Origin: an uncultured Nitrososphaeraceae archaeon
GTDB taxonomy: Archaea; Thermoproteota; Nitrososphaeria; Nitrososphaerales; Nitrososphaeraceae
Assembly: GCA_963765895.1 (NCBI GenBank)
Contig: CAVXZB010000024.1
Location: 64,001-128,000, forward strand
Direction of reading: 5' to 3'
Length of the DNA stretch: 64,000 nt
The notes under the pieces are model-generated. The model was given only the letters and a program-made list of their open reading frames with translations, was not told where the DNA came from and searched no databases. The number at the start of each line of letters is the position of its first letter. Position 1 is the first letter of the stretch. This document shows, piece by piece, positions 33,822-43,786 of this stretch. The position numbers and the translations under genes are program-made.

Positions 33822-33956
33822 ATGAATATTACAATTTATCTTTGTGAAAAATGTAAAAAGAATGAAGTAGCAATATATAACGTTCTAGGTGATTATTGCT
33901 TGGAGTGCTGGGAGGAAATAACTACACCCCAAATCACGAATCAACGTCCGCATTAG
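33822..33956 (+). CDS. 44-aa Zn-finger microprotein, not in the ORF track
   Basis: MNITIYLCEKCKKNEVAIYNVLGDYCLECWEEITTPQITNQRPH* (CxxC...CxxCW). Confidence 0.65.
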   Translation: MNITIYLCEKCKKNEVAIYNVLGDYCLECWEEITTPQITNQRPH

Positions 33957-34385
33957 CAAGATGAGATGGAATAAGGGACCTATTTGTCACATAGACAATA
34001 AGAGCGTTAAAAATTGTTGCGCATTTAGAATCGTGCCGGGAGAAACTTTTCATAGGGGTAATAGCTAAAACGGCATAATTATTGGTAATTGTCTACTGGA
34101 TTGGACTGAATTGAACGTCTTGGTAAACGTGTATATAAAGGGTCGTGACGAATTCCATCTATAATGAAAAATACTATTGATATTTTTTGTAATTATTATT
34201 GCGAGGTCAGCTTGGGGTTCTGAGTTTGTCTTCCATCCCCGAGTCTTCAGCTCTATTGTCAATAGGGCTGTGACGGCGACACGGCTTGCAGAGCCCATAA
34301 AATGAGAATATAGATCTATCGCTTTTAACTAGAAATCTAATTAAAGTAACAAGCACGTATAAAAGGAAAGTTACATTCTTATCCA

Positions 34386-34520
34386 ATGCTAATGTCAACT
34401 AGTGAAGTATTGGATGATTTGCTAAAGTTATTGGATGCAGTGCAAAAACACGCCGATCTAGATGGGTGTCAGCACTGCGACAAAATATTAAAATCAGTCT
34501 TTGAAGATAGATATAATTAG
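34386..34520 (+). CDS. 44-aa small protein with H...CxxC, not in the ORF track
   Basis: MLMSTSEVLDDLLKLLDAVQKHADLDGCQHCDKILKSVFEDRYN*; TATAAAA about 25 nt upstream. Confidence 0.55.
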   Translation: MLMSTSEVLDDLLKLLDAVQKHADLDGCQHCDKILKSVFEDRYN

Positions 34521-35078
34521 GACGAATAGCGCGCTTGTACCAACTCCAGACATGTCTTTTATGCTAATGCCGACACTTTCCTGTCCGATCACAACATGCA
34601 CTGAGATAGATTTCATTTTTCCTAATTCAATTCCCGACTTGAGTCGGCCTAGAGTTAGATAGTCATGCATTGGAACACGATGGATGACAGATCTCATTAA
34701 GTAGTCAAGTGCTCGATTGTTGATTGCCCTTGATTTGATTCTTTGTGGTAAGCCTAGAGTGCAAAAAATTCAATTTTTGACACGTCACCATGAGAGTTTA
34801 CTTGTAAGGTCCCTCAAATATTCAAGTGATCATTAGGGGCTAACGACGTTGAATGAAACACGATCTCTACTCGTACACTTAGGAATTAAGCGAACTTAAT
34901 TGAGATACACAACTTGGGACAATGTCCAAACGTTAATATTTTCCATGAATCAGTTTTATGTTTGAATTGCATGTCAATTCTTTGGCGAAGTCAAGACAAT
35001 AGTTAGAATTACTTGTCGACCTGTATATTAAGCCTAAAATCTTGAAGATCTAGAAAAATACTAATAAATCTCCATTCA

Positions 35079-36215
35079 TTGACCTTATTATTGGTAGTTG
35101 AAACAATACGTACTCTTAAGTTATTAGGTAGTTGGTCTGGAAACAGAATTATTGGAAGGAAACGCCCTTTAATTGCCGTGTTTAGTCTTACACATTACTG
35201 CAATTTTTACTGCCCAATGTGCCCTTTTGGAGATCACGATAAGACTAGGCAAATTGCCTTTGCAAAGAGTAATGATTTGACTACAGAGCAATGGAAATTG
35301 ATTTTTGACAAAGTTTCAAAATATTGCATCTGGTCAATCATCGAAGGTGGTGAACCAACTAGCCGTCCTGACTTTATGGAGCTTGTCAGATACATTTATC
35401 ATCTAAAAATGCCTATTACTGTAATTACTAATTGCTCTCTTGTCGACAAAATTGACCTTACTGAATTGAAAAAGTATGTTCAATTTATTACATGCAGTAT
35501 TGATTCTGTATTTGAACAATCCTACTGTAAAATTCGTGGCGTTACTGCCTCAGTATATCATAGAGTTATAGAAAATCTTGAACTCTTAACCGAACACCAT
35601 ATTCCACACTATCTTAATAGTGTTATAACTAAATATAATACGGAGGAGTTCATTAACCAATCTTATTTTGATAGAGCAAAGGAATTAGGTTCCAACGCCG
35701 TGTCATTGACGTTTGTAGAGGACCGATCAGATGTTAACTACTCCATGTTACCAGATCCCAGGACTATGGCCTGTGTCTGCGATAGCATACTTGAATACAG
35801 TAAAAAACACTCTTCTCCTAAGATAATGATCCCGTCACAGTATTTCGAACAAATAATTGAACATGGAAGGGCTTTGTTTGACGAATGTGGTGTGTGGAAA
35901 AGCATATTCGTTAACGGTAATGGCAAGGTTCTTGTTCCATGCTGGAAATTTAACAGTCCTCAAAATACATATGATCTGCTAGAGCGATCCGTAGATGAAA
36001 TCTGGGATGCACCGCAATGGGATATCGCTAGAACCTGTCACGATTGTAAAGTGCTAGGCTGCATCTGGTACTCCTCACAACCAGTAACTACATTTGCTAA
36101 AAATTACATGAGAGGATTATCGAAAATGATCAATATGCACGACACTGAACATATGAAAGAAGGCAGCATAATTTACATTCTTGAGCATCTAGTTACCCTA
36201 CTAGGCATCTATTGA
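35079..36215 (+). CDS. Radical SAM protein with C-terminal SPASM/twitch-like domain
   Basis: CNFYCPMC, EGGEPTSRPD and C-terminal CGVW...VNGNGKVLVPC...EIW...CHDC...C. Confidence 0.9.
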   Translation: MTLLLVVETIRTLKLLGSWSGNRIIGRKRPLIAVFSLTHYCNFYCPMCPFGDHDKTRQIAFAKSNDLTTEQWKLIFDKVSKYCIWSIIEGGEPTSRPDFMELVRYIYHLKMPITVITNCSLVDKIDLTELKKYVQFITCSIDSVFEQSYCKIRGVTASVYHRVIENLELLTEHHIPHYLNSVITKYNTEEFINQSYFDRAKELGSNAVSLTFVEDRSDVNYSMLPDPRTMACVCDSILEYSKKHSSPKIMIPSQYFEQIIEHGRALFDECGVWKSIFVNGNGKVLVPCWKFNSPQNTYDLLERSVDEIWDAPQWDIARTCHDCKVLGCIWYSSQPVTTFAKNYMRGLSKMINMHDTEHMKEGSIIYILEHLVTLLGIY

Positions 36216-36693
36216 AATAACCTTCTACATAATACAGCACTTAACATAGAGATGGATACTGAAGTCATATACCAGATCTAACTACTTAGTAAGAGACTCT
36301 TCGATAAAAGACCTCCTGAGCAGAGATCAAGATACGTACGGGTAGTTTACGGGGCAGGAGCATTTATTTCCTGAATACTGTAGATACTGGTGGACCCTAA
36401 AACGACTATTCTCTAATTGGCTACTTAATTATTTACGATTTTCAGACAGGATCTACCCCAAATATAGAAGTCAACGAATTTTTTTTACGACTTTTGCCGT
36501 CATCTTTGAAGGTATAGTTTGTGGATCTTCAGATTGACTAGGTTTTTGGTTACCATAGCTGGAATTCATAAGGCATGTAGCTTTGATCTGTTGTTTCGCA
36601 TAGCTTCAAATTCTTTACTATTAAAGGAAAACTTATGAATTATTTGTTTATGTGAATCCATACATACTTCAGTAACTCTTTAACCATAGATAA

Positions 36694-36931
36694 TTGACCT
36701 CGAATGTAGAAAACTGGCAAGCTATTGTTCATAAGATAGTGACATCTAAAAACGGAAAACTTGTGGTGAATGTTGACGCGGTGGACGATAGTTCAGTACT
36801 AGTCTCTACAGAAGGTGGTCGTACTCGTTACAGAATCCCAAACACATTATAGAGGGATATGCGGGTCATGGATAACACTAACTGTTCCAGATTCCGAGCT
36901 TGCAAGATTTAAAAGTAACCAAGCTAAGTGA
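36694..36931 (+). pseudogene. Frameshifted paralog of the small PRC-barrel-like gene at 38812-39042
   Basis: MTSNVENWQAIVHKIVTSKNGKLVVNVDAVDDSSVLVSTEGGRTRYRIP / HIIEGYAGH aligns by eye with WDRIVHKNVRSSDG...NIDAVDADSVIIISEGARGEYKISKTHVDGFNG; two frameshifts. Confidence 0.65.
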
Positions 36932-37535
36932 TTCAATGATATAAAGTATCTCACGTGAAGATTTTTCTGTTAGAATTTTTTCCTAAACCATTTGATGTGA
37001 CGCAATACCTTTCGCGTATGATTTTTCGTGGACAATATGCCAAGAAATTTTAAGAAGCTGATATTCCACGAAAATTCTTTCGCAAGTACTGATTTAGGGT
37101 AATTGGTTCCATCTAGGGAGTAAAGTTCTGACAGTAACGATTCTTTAGTCGGAAATATATATTTAATCCAAAGTCTTGCATACAAAGGTCGAGACCGCTA
37201 TAGTACTATCTATAACTAGGATTAGTAGATTGTAATATTGTTTAGCTAACTGACATTAACTATCAAAATTGTATCGAGCGAACTGTTATTCAATGAAATA
37301 GGCTACTTTGCAGCATCTTCAGTCACTACTTCACAAGTAGGCCATTGCGCATCGAAACTGACACACTTTGGTATCTGTAGATCAAAGGCCCCCAAGCTCA
37401 TTATGTTAAGTTAGGTCGTAGACAGACACATTCCCATATTCTATAACGTGACTTCTTTTTCAATCCCCCCTAATAGTGAGATAACCACATAAAACTTGTC
37501 TGCTTAAATAAGATACATTTTATAGAAATTTACCA

Positions 37536-38129
37536 CTAGGTTCTATGATAAACATGAATCGTTCTATGACACGAAGTACATAGAGCCGTGCAATTCGAGC
37601 TATTATTGTTAGATCGATTGCCGTCAAAATGATGAAAATCTAATCCATAACGCTCCAATTTGACTTTACATCGCGCACATTTATTTTTCTGCCTTTTAAC
37701 GGTGTCGAGTTTAACTAATTCAGAAAAGTTTTTTCTCTTTGCCTTTCCTCCACATTTTGCTATCAATATGAAAGACGCATTAATCCACAACACCAGTGCG
37801 AGCGCATTGTACTCAAGTGCAGCTAAGGAGGATCTATCTTGGGCGGATACATGATGCCACGCTATACAACTAAGGAATGAAAGCATTATGCCAATTAGAA
37901 CTTGAAAGCTTTGCCCTCTAATCAAATATGCACGACAAGATAGTATTACCAAAACCAAATAAAAAAAAAGATTAGAGAGGATGTAAGAGAAGTCGGACGA
38001 ATCTTGATGATCTGCTGACAGAAGTGGCAAAGCGGCCAGAATGGCCTGGATTATTGTGTACTCCATACATACCAAGATTAGGAGCGCTAAGACTAATCTG
38101 AACGATATAAGTTTGCTATTCGAACGCAC
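37536..38129 (-). CDS. Four-TM membrane protein with C-terminal HNH endonuclease domain
   Basis: Hydrophobic N-terminal 125 aa; C-terminal QKNKCARC...DFHHFDGNRSNNNSSNCTALCTSCH. Confidence 0.8.
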   Translation of the reverse strand: MRSNSKLISFRLVLALLILVCMEYTIIQAILAALPLLSADHQDSSDFSYILSNLFFYLVLVILSCRAYLIRGQSFQVLIGIMLSFLSCIAWHHVSAQDRSSLAALEYNALALVLWINASFILIAKCGGKAKRKNFSELVKLDTVKRQKNKCARCKVKLERYGLDFHHFDGNRSNNNSSNCTALCTSCHRTIHVYHRT

Positions 38130-38811
38130 GAAGCGAGATCATATCAGATTAAGAATCCCAAATAATGAAATTTTAGAAACAGAACTCGCAATTAATTTTC
38201 TAGTATCTTACAATAGAATATACACATCAGTCCTCTTCCAAACTTTTATGAATTTGTAACGAGGTACATTATGTAATTTTTCATAGAAGTTAATGCGATA
38301 GAGTAACAGATAGAGGACTAGCACGGCCATTCATTATTCAAGAATCTATTCTTTTCTGCTCCAGGGGTTAAGCACTGATGGGCATGCTATCTGCCTACTC
38401 CAAATATTAAGGCATTACATATTCTATTTGCTAAAGGTCCAGCTGTTTGAATATCTATATGCTAAAAAATAATATTCACATAGATGTTTATTTTCCAAAA
38501 TATATTGTTTAGTAGAGCCATCACTTAACATCTTTACCTTCACATGTACTTTATCGTTTTATAACTACTATAGACAGACGACTAAAAGACATTAGACTCC
38601 CGATACGTGGATAGACTTACCCAAATCGTTCAAGTGGTTGCATCGGTCTCATACATAGATTATGGGTTGCTCGTAGTAAAGCATTAGGCAGTAAAATAAG
38701 TTCGTACTACGCCTATATGCATTAGTCCAATATTTTGATCGAACAGTCAAGAGCGATGTAATCCAGGGTTATAAATTTATGAAAAAATGTTAGTTAGGAG
38801 ATCTTGTAGAC

Positions 38812-39042
38812 CTATACCTTATATTTTTGCAATTCACCCAACGAAAGTTTCAGAAATACTTCTGCCCCATTAAAACCATCGACGTGTGTCTTCGAGATCT
38901 TATACTCTCCTCGCGCCCCCTCACTAATTATGATTACGGAATCAGCATCGACTGCATCTATGTTTCCCGCATCTTGGCCATCACTTGACCTTACGTTCTT
39001 GTGGACTATCCTGTCCCAATCCAACACAGCTGGTTCAGACAT
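38812..39042 (-). CDS. Small PRC-barrel-like hypothetical protein
   Basis: KNVRSSDGQDAGNI beta-rich pattern; TATA upstream; paralog at 36694. Confidence 0.75.
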   Translation of the reverse strand: MSEPAVLDWDRIVHKNVRSSDGQDAGNIDAVDADSVIIISEGARGEYKISKTHVDGFNGAEVFLKLSLGELQKYKV

Positions 39043-39403
39043 TATATAAGTATACTAAATTGAGGTATATAAATTGCTACAATCACGAAATCCGGCGGCT
39101 TATCATGGACGGTCCTGGATCGTTAATGAATTGTTATATTGGGAAACTAAATAGCCTTCCAAGAACCGTGATCTGCTTCAATTGGAATAAGTCTAGAGCC
39201 TGTACCTATACATTGGGACCGCCATTTAGTATTTCGAATCTTGGCAATTTGAACAATCAGTTGTTGCAGTTCCATAACTTGATTATGTTTTCGATGATGG
39301 ATTAAATTCCTGGAATCAAGATTTTGTGCCATATTTGAGCTCAAAACGATGACATCCATTTGAATAGGATTAATTGGAATTAGTTTTCTCGACTAGGGAA
39401 TGA

Positions 39404-40565
39404 CTATTCATCAATATTTTGCTGTCTATACCTTCTATAATCTTCATCTACCTCTATTGCTGACGCCAATATCTTACTTCTTATTGACTTGGAAGATTGT
39501 AAGAACATTTTAGTATCTTTTGGTAGACAATGACCACCTATTCCATCTCTTGGTTCAAGTATATTCACATTCCATTTTGTATTTAGTGCATCTCGTAGTT
39601 CTGCAAAGTTTATGTTATTTGCTTGACAGTAAAGATACAGATCTTCTGCAAATGCTATTTGTAGATATCTGTGAGCATTTTCAGCAATCTTTGTAATTTC
39701 AGCAATTTCTATTTGAGGTACTGCATGCATACGAATATCCAAGCTCTTTTTGTGTGGATTTATTGTAGCATGTTGTTGTTGTAGTTGTAGTTGTTCTTCT
39801 TCTTCATCTATGACGATGTCATCATAATAATTATTATTTTCACTATTTTCTTTATCTTTATTATTATTATTATTATTATCTAGATTGCCTTTCTTTTCTG
39901 ATTCTATTTCTATTCCGTATGCTTGACCCTTTATTTCTCCATTTATTCGTACTCTACCATCATAAAACTCCATAGCTACATCTAGACAGCATTGACAGAC
40001 TCCACCAAGTACTCGTAGTTGATTGACACCGTGTTCTTCTTGTTCTAATGCATACCAGCGATGAGGTGCATGAGCTACATGCAGTCTATGATTAAGCATT
40101 TCAAATACCTTCTTTGATGTACCTTTTGGAATAGTACTTTCTATTGAAACTAGTGCTCCATTCTTTGCTTCTTTTGATATCTTTTCAACTATAGATAATA
40201 GACCATCTATTTGTGGAGAAAACATGTCATCTGGTTTGTGTGTAGAAACACAGATGATAAAGACATCAAACTGACTAAAATCATATGCAACGGAAGTATT
40301 ACCATCATAATTATTATTATTATTATTATTATTACTACTACTACTACTTACACTAACACTAGCACTATTACCATTATTTCTGGTGCTATTATTGTTATTA
40401 TTACTTATTATTATCTCCAATCCTTTTTATTCCAGCTATTTTCTGTGCACGATCCATTGCTTTTGTACTTATGTCATAACCATATGTATCAAATCCTCCT
40501 CGATCCTTGATGTATTTTGCTACAGGTAAACCAAGTTGACCCAAGCCTATTACAAGAACTTCGTC
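39404..40565 (-). CDS. NDP-sugar (UDP-glucose/GDP-mannose/UDP-ManNAc) dehydrogenase family, frameshifted in an AAT tract, C-terminally short; possibly a pseudogene
   Basis: Upstream frame VLVIGLGQLGLPVAKY...YGYDIS (Rossmann fold). Main ORF has IICVST, IESTIPKGT, AHAPHR, AEITKIAENAHR and GIGGHCLPKD. Poly-Asn insertions; no clean start codon found. Confidence 0.75.
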
Positions 40566-40728
40566 TTTGTAGCAAGATGATCTGATTTAACAATTGCGAC
40601 AAATTCTCATTTTTGACTTGAATTTGTATCGTAATATAATACATAATTCCATGACACTTCTTTATACCCCTGGCGTCAACTCCATCCGTTTTTACGTAGG
40701 TGGCTATTTACATGGTAATTAATATACA

Positions 40729-40746
40729 TAACTGACCAGTCAGTTA
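40729..40746. promoter_or_regulatory. Perfect palindrome TAACTGAC-CA-GTCAGTTA, probable TetR operator
   Basis: 8-bp inverted repeat with a 2-bp spacer, between the TATA (ttaatata, 40719-40726) and the start of the membrane protein-TetR operon. Confidence 0.75.
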
Positions 40747-40767
40747 GATTTATTATATTGAATTTGT

Positions 40768-41934
40768 ATGTTATACTGCAAGAGGTTGTCTAAGGTTACT
40801 GTGTCCATTCGCAGCAAGGAGAATGTTATTAAGAAAATCCTACTTATGTTGTGTCTAGCATGTGCTGGTTCCTTTCTTCAAATAGTTGGAGTTAGTTGGG
40901 ATGTGACTTCACATTTGATGAAGACTCCAGAGACTTTCTTTACACCCTCGCACGTCTTACTTTACTCTGGAATAGGTCTACTTCTCGTTGCTACTCTCAT
41001 AGGTGCAATCTTAATATTGAACGGTAAAATAGACAAAACGAATCCCATTATCACTCCGTTCAGGCTGTTCATAATAGGTTCGATCTTTGCAGCTATTGCG
41101 GGTCCGTCGGACTATGCATGGCATAAGATCTTTGGAATAGATGGGCTCTTAAGTCCGACCCATTTAGTATTAGCGACAGGAATAATCATAAATTCAGTAT
41201 CAGTTGCTGTTGGTCTCAGGATAGTGGCTAAACAAGTTCATTCAAGCATGTATAAAAAGATGATAAAATTCCTAATGATACCCGCATTTGCTGCTTTGTG
41301 GCTCACTTTAATTTGGTATGTTTATCTGTTTATACTACCGCTTTCAAACGGATCACATTTTGATTTTAACTTGAATCCGGTAGTTGAATCAATAGTTGCG
41401 ATTACTCTTCTGCCGATTATTGATGCTTTTGTATTGCTAACAGCAGTCAGAACTCTAGATATGAAATGGTCGGCAACCATAATTACTACGCTAGTTGTTC
41501 TAATTAACGGCTTTACAAATATAATACCTTCTATTCATTTAGTGCCGTTCTTGCCTTTGTATCTTTTACTAATTGGCATTGCCATTGTTTATGATTTCAT
41601 CACGCAAAAATCACGAACCCGTGCAACAATTATAAATAGAGAAAAAAACTTCGTAATTGCCAGTGCTCTAATTGGATCAGTGTTTTATATCCTAGGTTAT
41701 CCACTCCTCCCCATGACATTTGCTGAACCCCTCGGATTTACTTTTCACTCAATGTCGGAGTTATATGAAAATTTCATAGTTACTTTACCAGGAATTCTTT
41801 TATTTATGCTTCCTTTCGGAGCATTCATAGGTTCGATAAGTACGATGATCGTTCTGAAAATAGAAACTACTCGTAGGTCGCAGGAAAGCATCGAAAATAC
41901 CCTAGAACCAAGTTCGGGTGGAGAACCAAGCTAG
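40768..41934 (+). CDS. Multi-pass membrane protein with two D-x3-H-x12-H motifs
   Basis: About 10 hydrophobic helices; WDVTSHLMKTPETFFTPSH and DYAWHKIFGIDGLLSPTH. Confidence 0.85.
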   Translation: MLYCKRLSKVTVSIRSKENVIKKILLMLCLACAGSFLQIVGVSWDVTSHLMKTPETFFTPSHVLLYSGIGLLLVATLIGAILILNGKIDKTNPIITPFRLFIIGSIFAAIAGPSDYAWHKIFGIDGLLSPTHLVLATGIIINSVSVAVGLRIVAKQVHSSMYKKMIKFLMIPAFAALWLTLIWYVYLFILPLSNGSHFDFNLNPVVESIVAITLLPIIDAFVLLTAVRTLDMKWSATIITTLVVLINGFTNIIPSIHLVPFLPLYLLLIGIAIVYDFITQKSRTRATIINREKNFVIASALIGSVFYILGYPLLPMTFAEPLGFTFHSMSELYENFIVTLPGILLFMLPFGAFIGSISTMIVLKIETTRRSQESIENTLEPSSGGEPS

Positions 41935-41937
41935 CAT

Positions 41938-42531
41938 ATGTGTCCAAAGGTCACATTACAGTATAAAATGGAAATCAGAAAAAAGATTATTCAGGCGGCC
42001 ATCGAGTGTTTTTCGATTGCCGGCTTCGACAGGACTAGAATGGACGATATTGCAGAGCGAGCCGAATTGAGTAAAGGCACATTATATCTCTATTTTAGGA
42101 ATAAAGAAGATTTATTTTATGCAATATGTCAGAATAGCATAATAGAACTAAACAATCAGATGTCCAAGTTGTTTAAGAGAAAGGAAGATTTTGGATCTGA
42201 TGCAGAAAAATTCTATATTAACTTCAGAAGGAATTCTAGAAAAGGCGATCGCGTATTTATGGAGACGGTAGCTGAATCATCCCGCAATCCAAGATTATGC
42301 AGGGCTCTCTTCGAACATAGAATCAAGATTTTTCAACTAGTGTCTAAGTATCTAAGTCAGCAGGTTGAAAAGGGATACTTGAGAAGCAATATTGAAGTGG
42401 ACGCCATTTCCGCTGGATTAGTAGCACTTTATGATGGATTGACAATAAATATGCTGTTGGGGATAAATGAATCTGACAATAGGAGAATTTGGACTGAAAC
42501 AATCAGAGCCTTATGCGCTGGTATCGGATGA
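41938..42531 (+). CDS. TetR/AcrR family transcriptional regulator
   Basis: IIQAAIECFS..GFDRTRMDDIAERAELSKGTLYLYFRNKEDLF. Confidence 0.95.
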   Translation: MCPKVTLQYKMEIRKKIIQAAIECFSIAGFDRTRMDDIAERAELSKGTLYLYFRNKEDLFYAICQNSIIELNNQMSKLFKRKEDFGSDAEKFYINFRRNSRKGDRVFMETVAESSRNPRLCRALFEHRIKIFQLVSKYLSQQVEKGYLRSNIEVDAISAGLVALYDGLTINMLLGINESDNRRIWTETIRALCAGIG

Positions 42532-42775
42532 ATACGGGATGTGCAATGTTTTTCAGAGTATACTGTACAACCTCTAATGACATAGTTCGATAGCAATTCA
42601 CTATATATTGAAGATTTTATGTATTCAGTACGTATTCAAGGGCAATTCTGCTGCAATAGGAGTTGTAAATTTGAATTTTTAATTGGGAATATCATTATGC
42701 AGACCTGAAAACTTGAAATATAGGTGAATGATTCTAACTAATTAAGCAAAAGTTGCATCCGTTATCTAAATATTA

Positions 42776-43786
42776 ATGATATTCAAGATGAGGTTAGTCA
42801 GTACTGTATTATCGTGTTTGCTGTGGATGTATAGACGAAACGAAGATGATATCATTAGTATTTATAATCTGCTGACGCCGTTTGTACGGCTTGTCACCAA
42901 CTGTAATATGCTTAACTTTGGTTACTGGAACGCTGACACGGAAGACCTATTCTCAGCGCAGCGTAACTTAAGTTCCCTGGTTGGAGAACTTGCAGAGTTA
43001 CATTCTGGCTTGAGAATTATTGATGCTGGAAGCGGCTTTTCCTCTCCAGCTTTATATTGGGAGTCCAAATACTTTCCGGTTGATATTATTTGTGTTGATA
43101 CCAATTTTAATGAACTTAGAATTGGTCTTGAGCACAGAAACAGGACTAAGGATCGAGGAAATATTTGTAGTAGTGATGATCAACCTGCTTTGCACGACCA
43201 GAATATTGAATTGAGCTGGAAGTCTGCTTGTATGAGATTCATTAATGCTAGTTCTATGCTCTTACCATTTAGACCTAAAACCGTCGACAGGGTTATAGCC
43301 CTAGAGTCGGCACATCATTTTAGACATATCACACAATTTATCGAGGAATGCAGAAGAGTACTGAGAGACGATTCTGGCATGCTTGTCATTGCTCTTCCAG
43401 TCATAACTAAAAAAATATCGCGTCTACATATGATGCTTAAGCTTGGGATCCTTTATCTCTCATGGACATCTCAGCGTTACGACTCGTCGGAAATCAAGTC
43501 GTTAATAATGGATAATGGCTTCACTATTAGAGAAGTTCTCCAAGTCGGACCTAACATATACGGACCGCTTACGGATTACTATTTACTTAACAGGGGCGAG
43601 TTTAAGCAAAAAATCATACATAGAAATAAATCTTCTCCGTTACTTTTTATTTCGACATTCATCAACAGCCTTGTCTATGACTTTGTTGAAAAAATGATTT
43701 GCCGTTCTGCATCTAAAATGAAAGAGCTTTCAAAAAAGGGATTTTTAGACTATATTATCATAAAAGCTGAACTGACTAAATCTTAG
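42776..43786 (+). CDS. Class I SAM-dependent methyltransferase (sterol/tocopherol MTase-like)
   Basis: MLNFGYW, IIDAGSGF, LPF...VDRVIALESAHHF and ECRRVLR. Confidence 0.85.
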   Translation: MIFKMRLVSTVLSCLLWMYRRNEDDIISIYNLLTPFVRLVTNCNMLNFGYWNADTEDLFSAQRNLSSLVGELAELHSGLRIIDAGSGFSSPALYWESKYFPVDIICVDTNFNELRIGLEHRNRTKDRGNICSSDDQPALHDQNIELSWKSACMRFINASSMLLPFRPKTVDRVIALESAHHFRHITQFIEECRRVLRDDSGMLVIALPVITKKISRLHMMLKLGILYLSWTSQRYDSSEIKSLIMDNGFTIREVLQVGPNIYGPLTDYYLLNRGEFKQKIIHRNKSSPLLFISTFINSLVYDFVEKMICRSASKMKELSKKGFLDYIIIKAELTKS

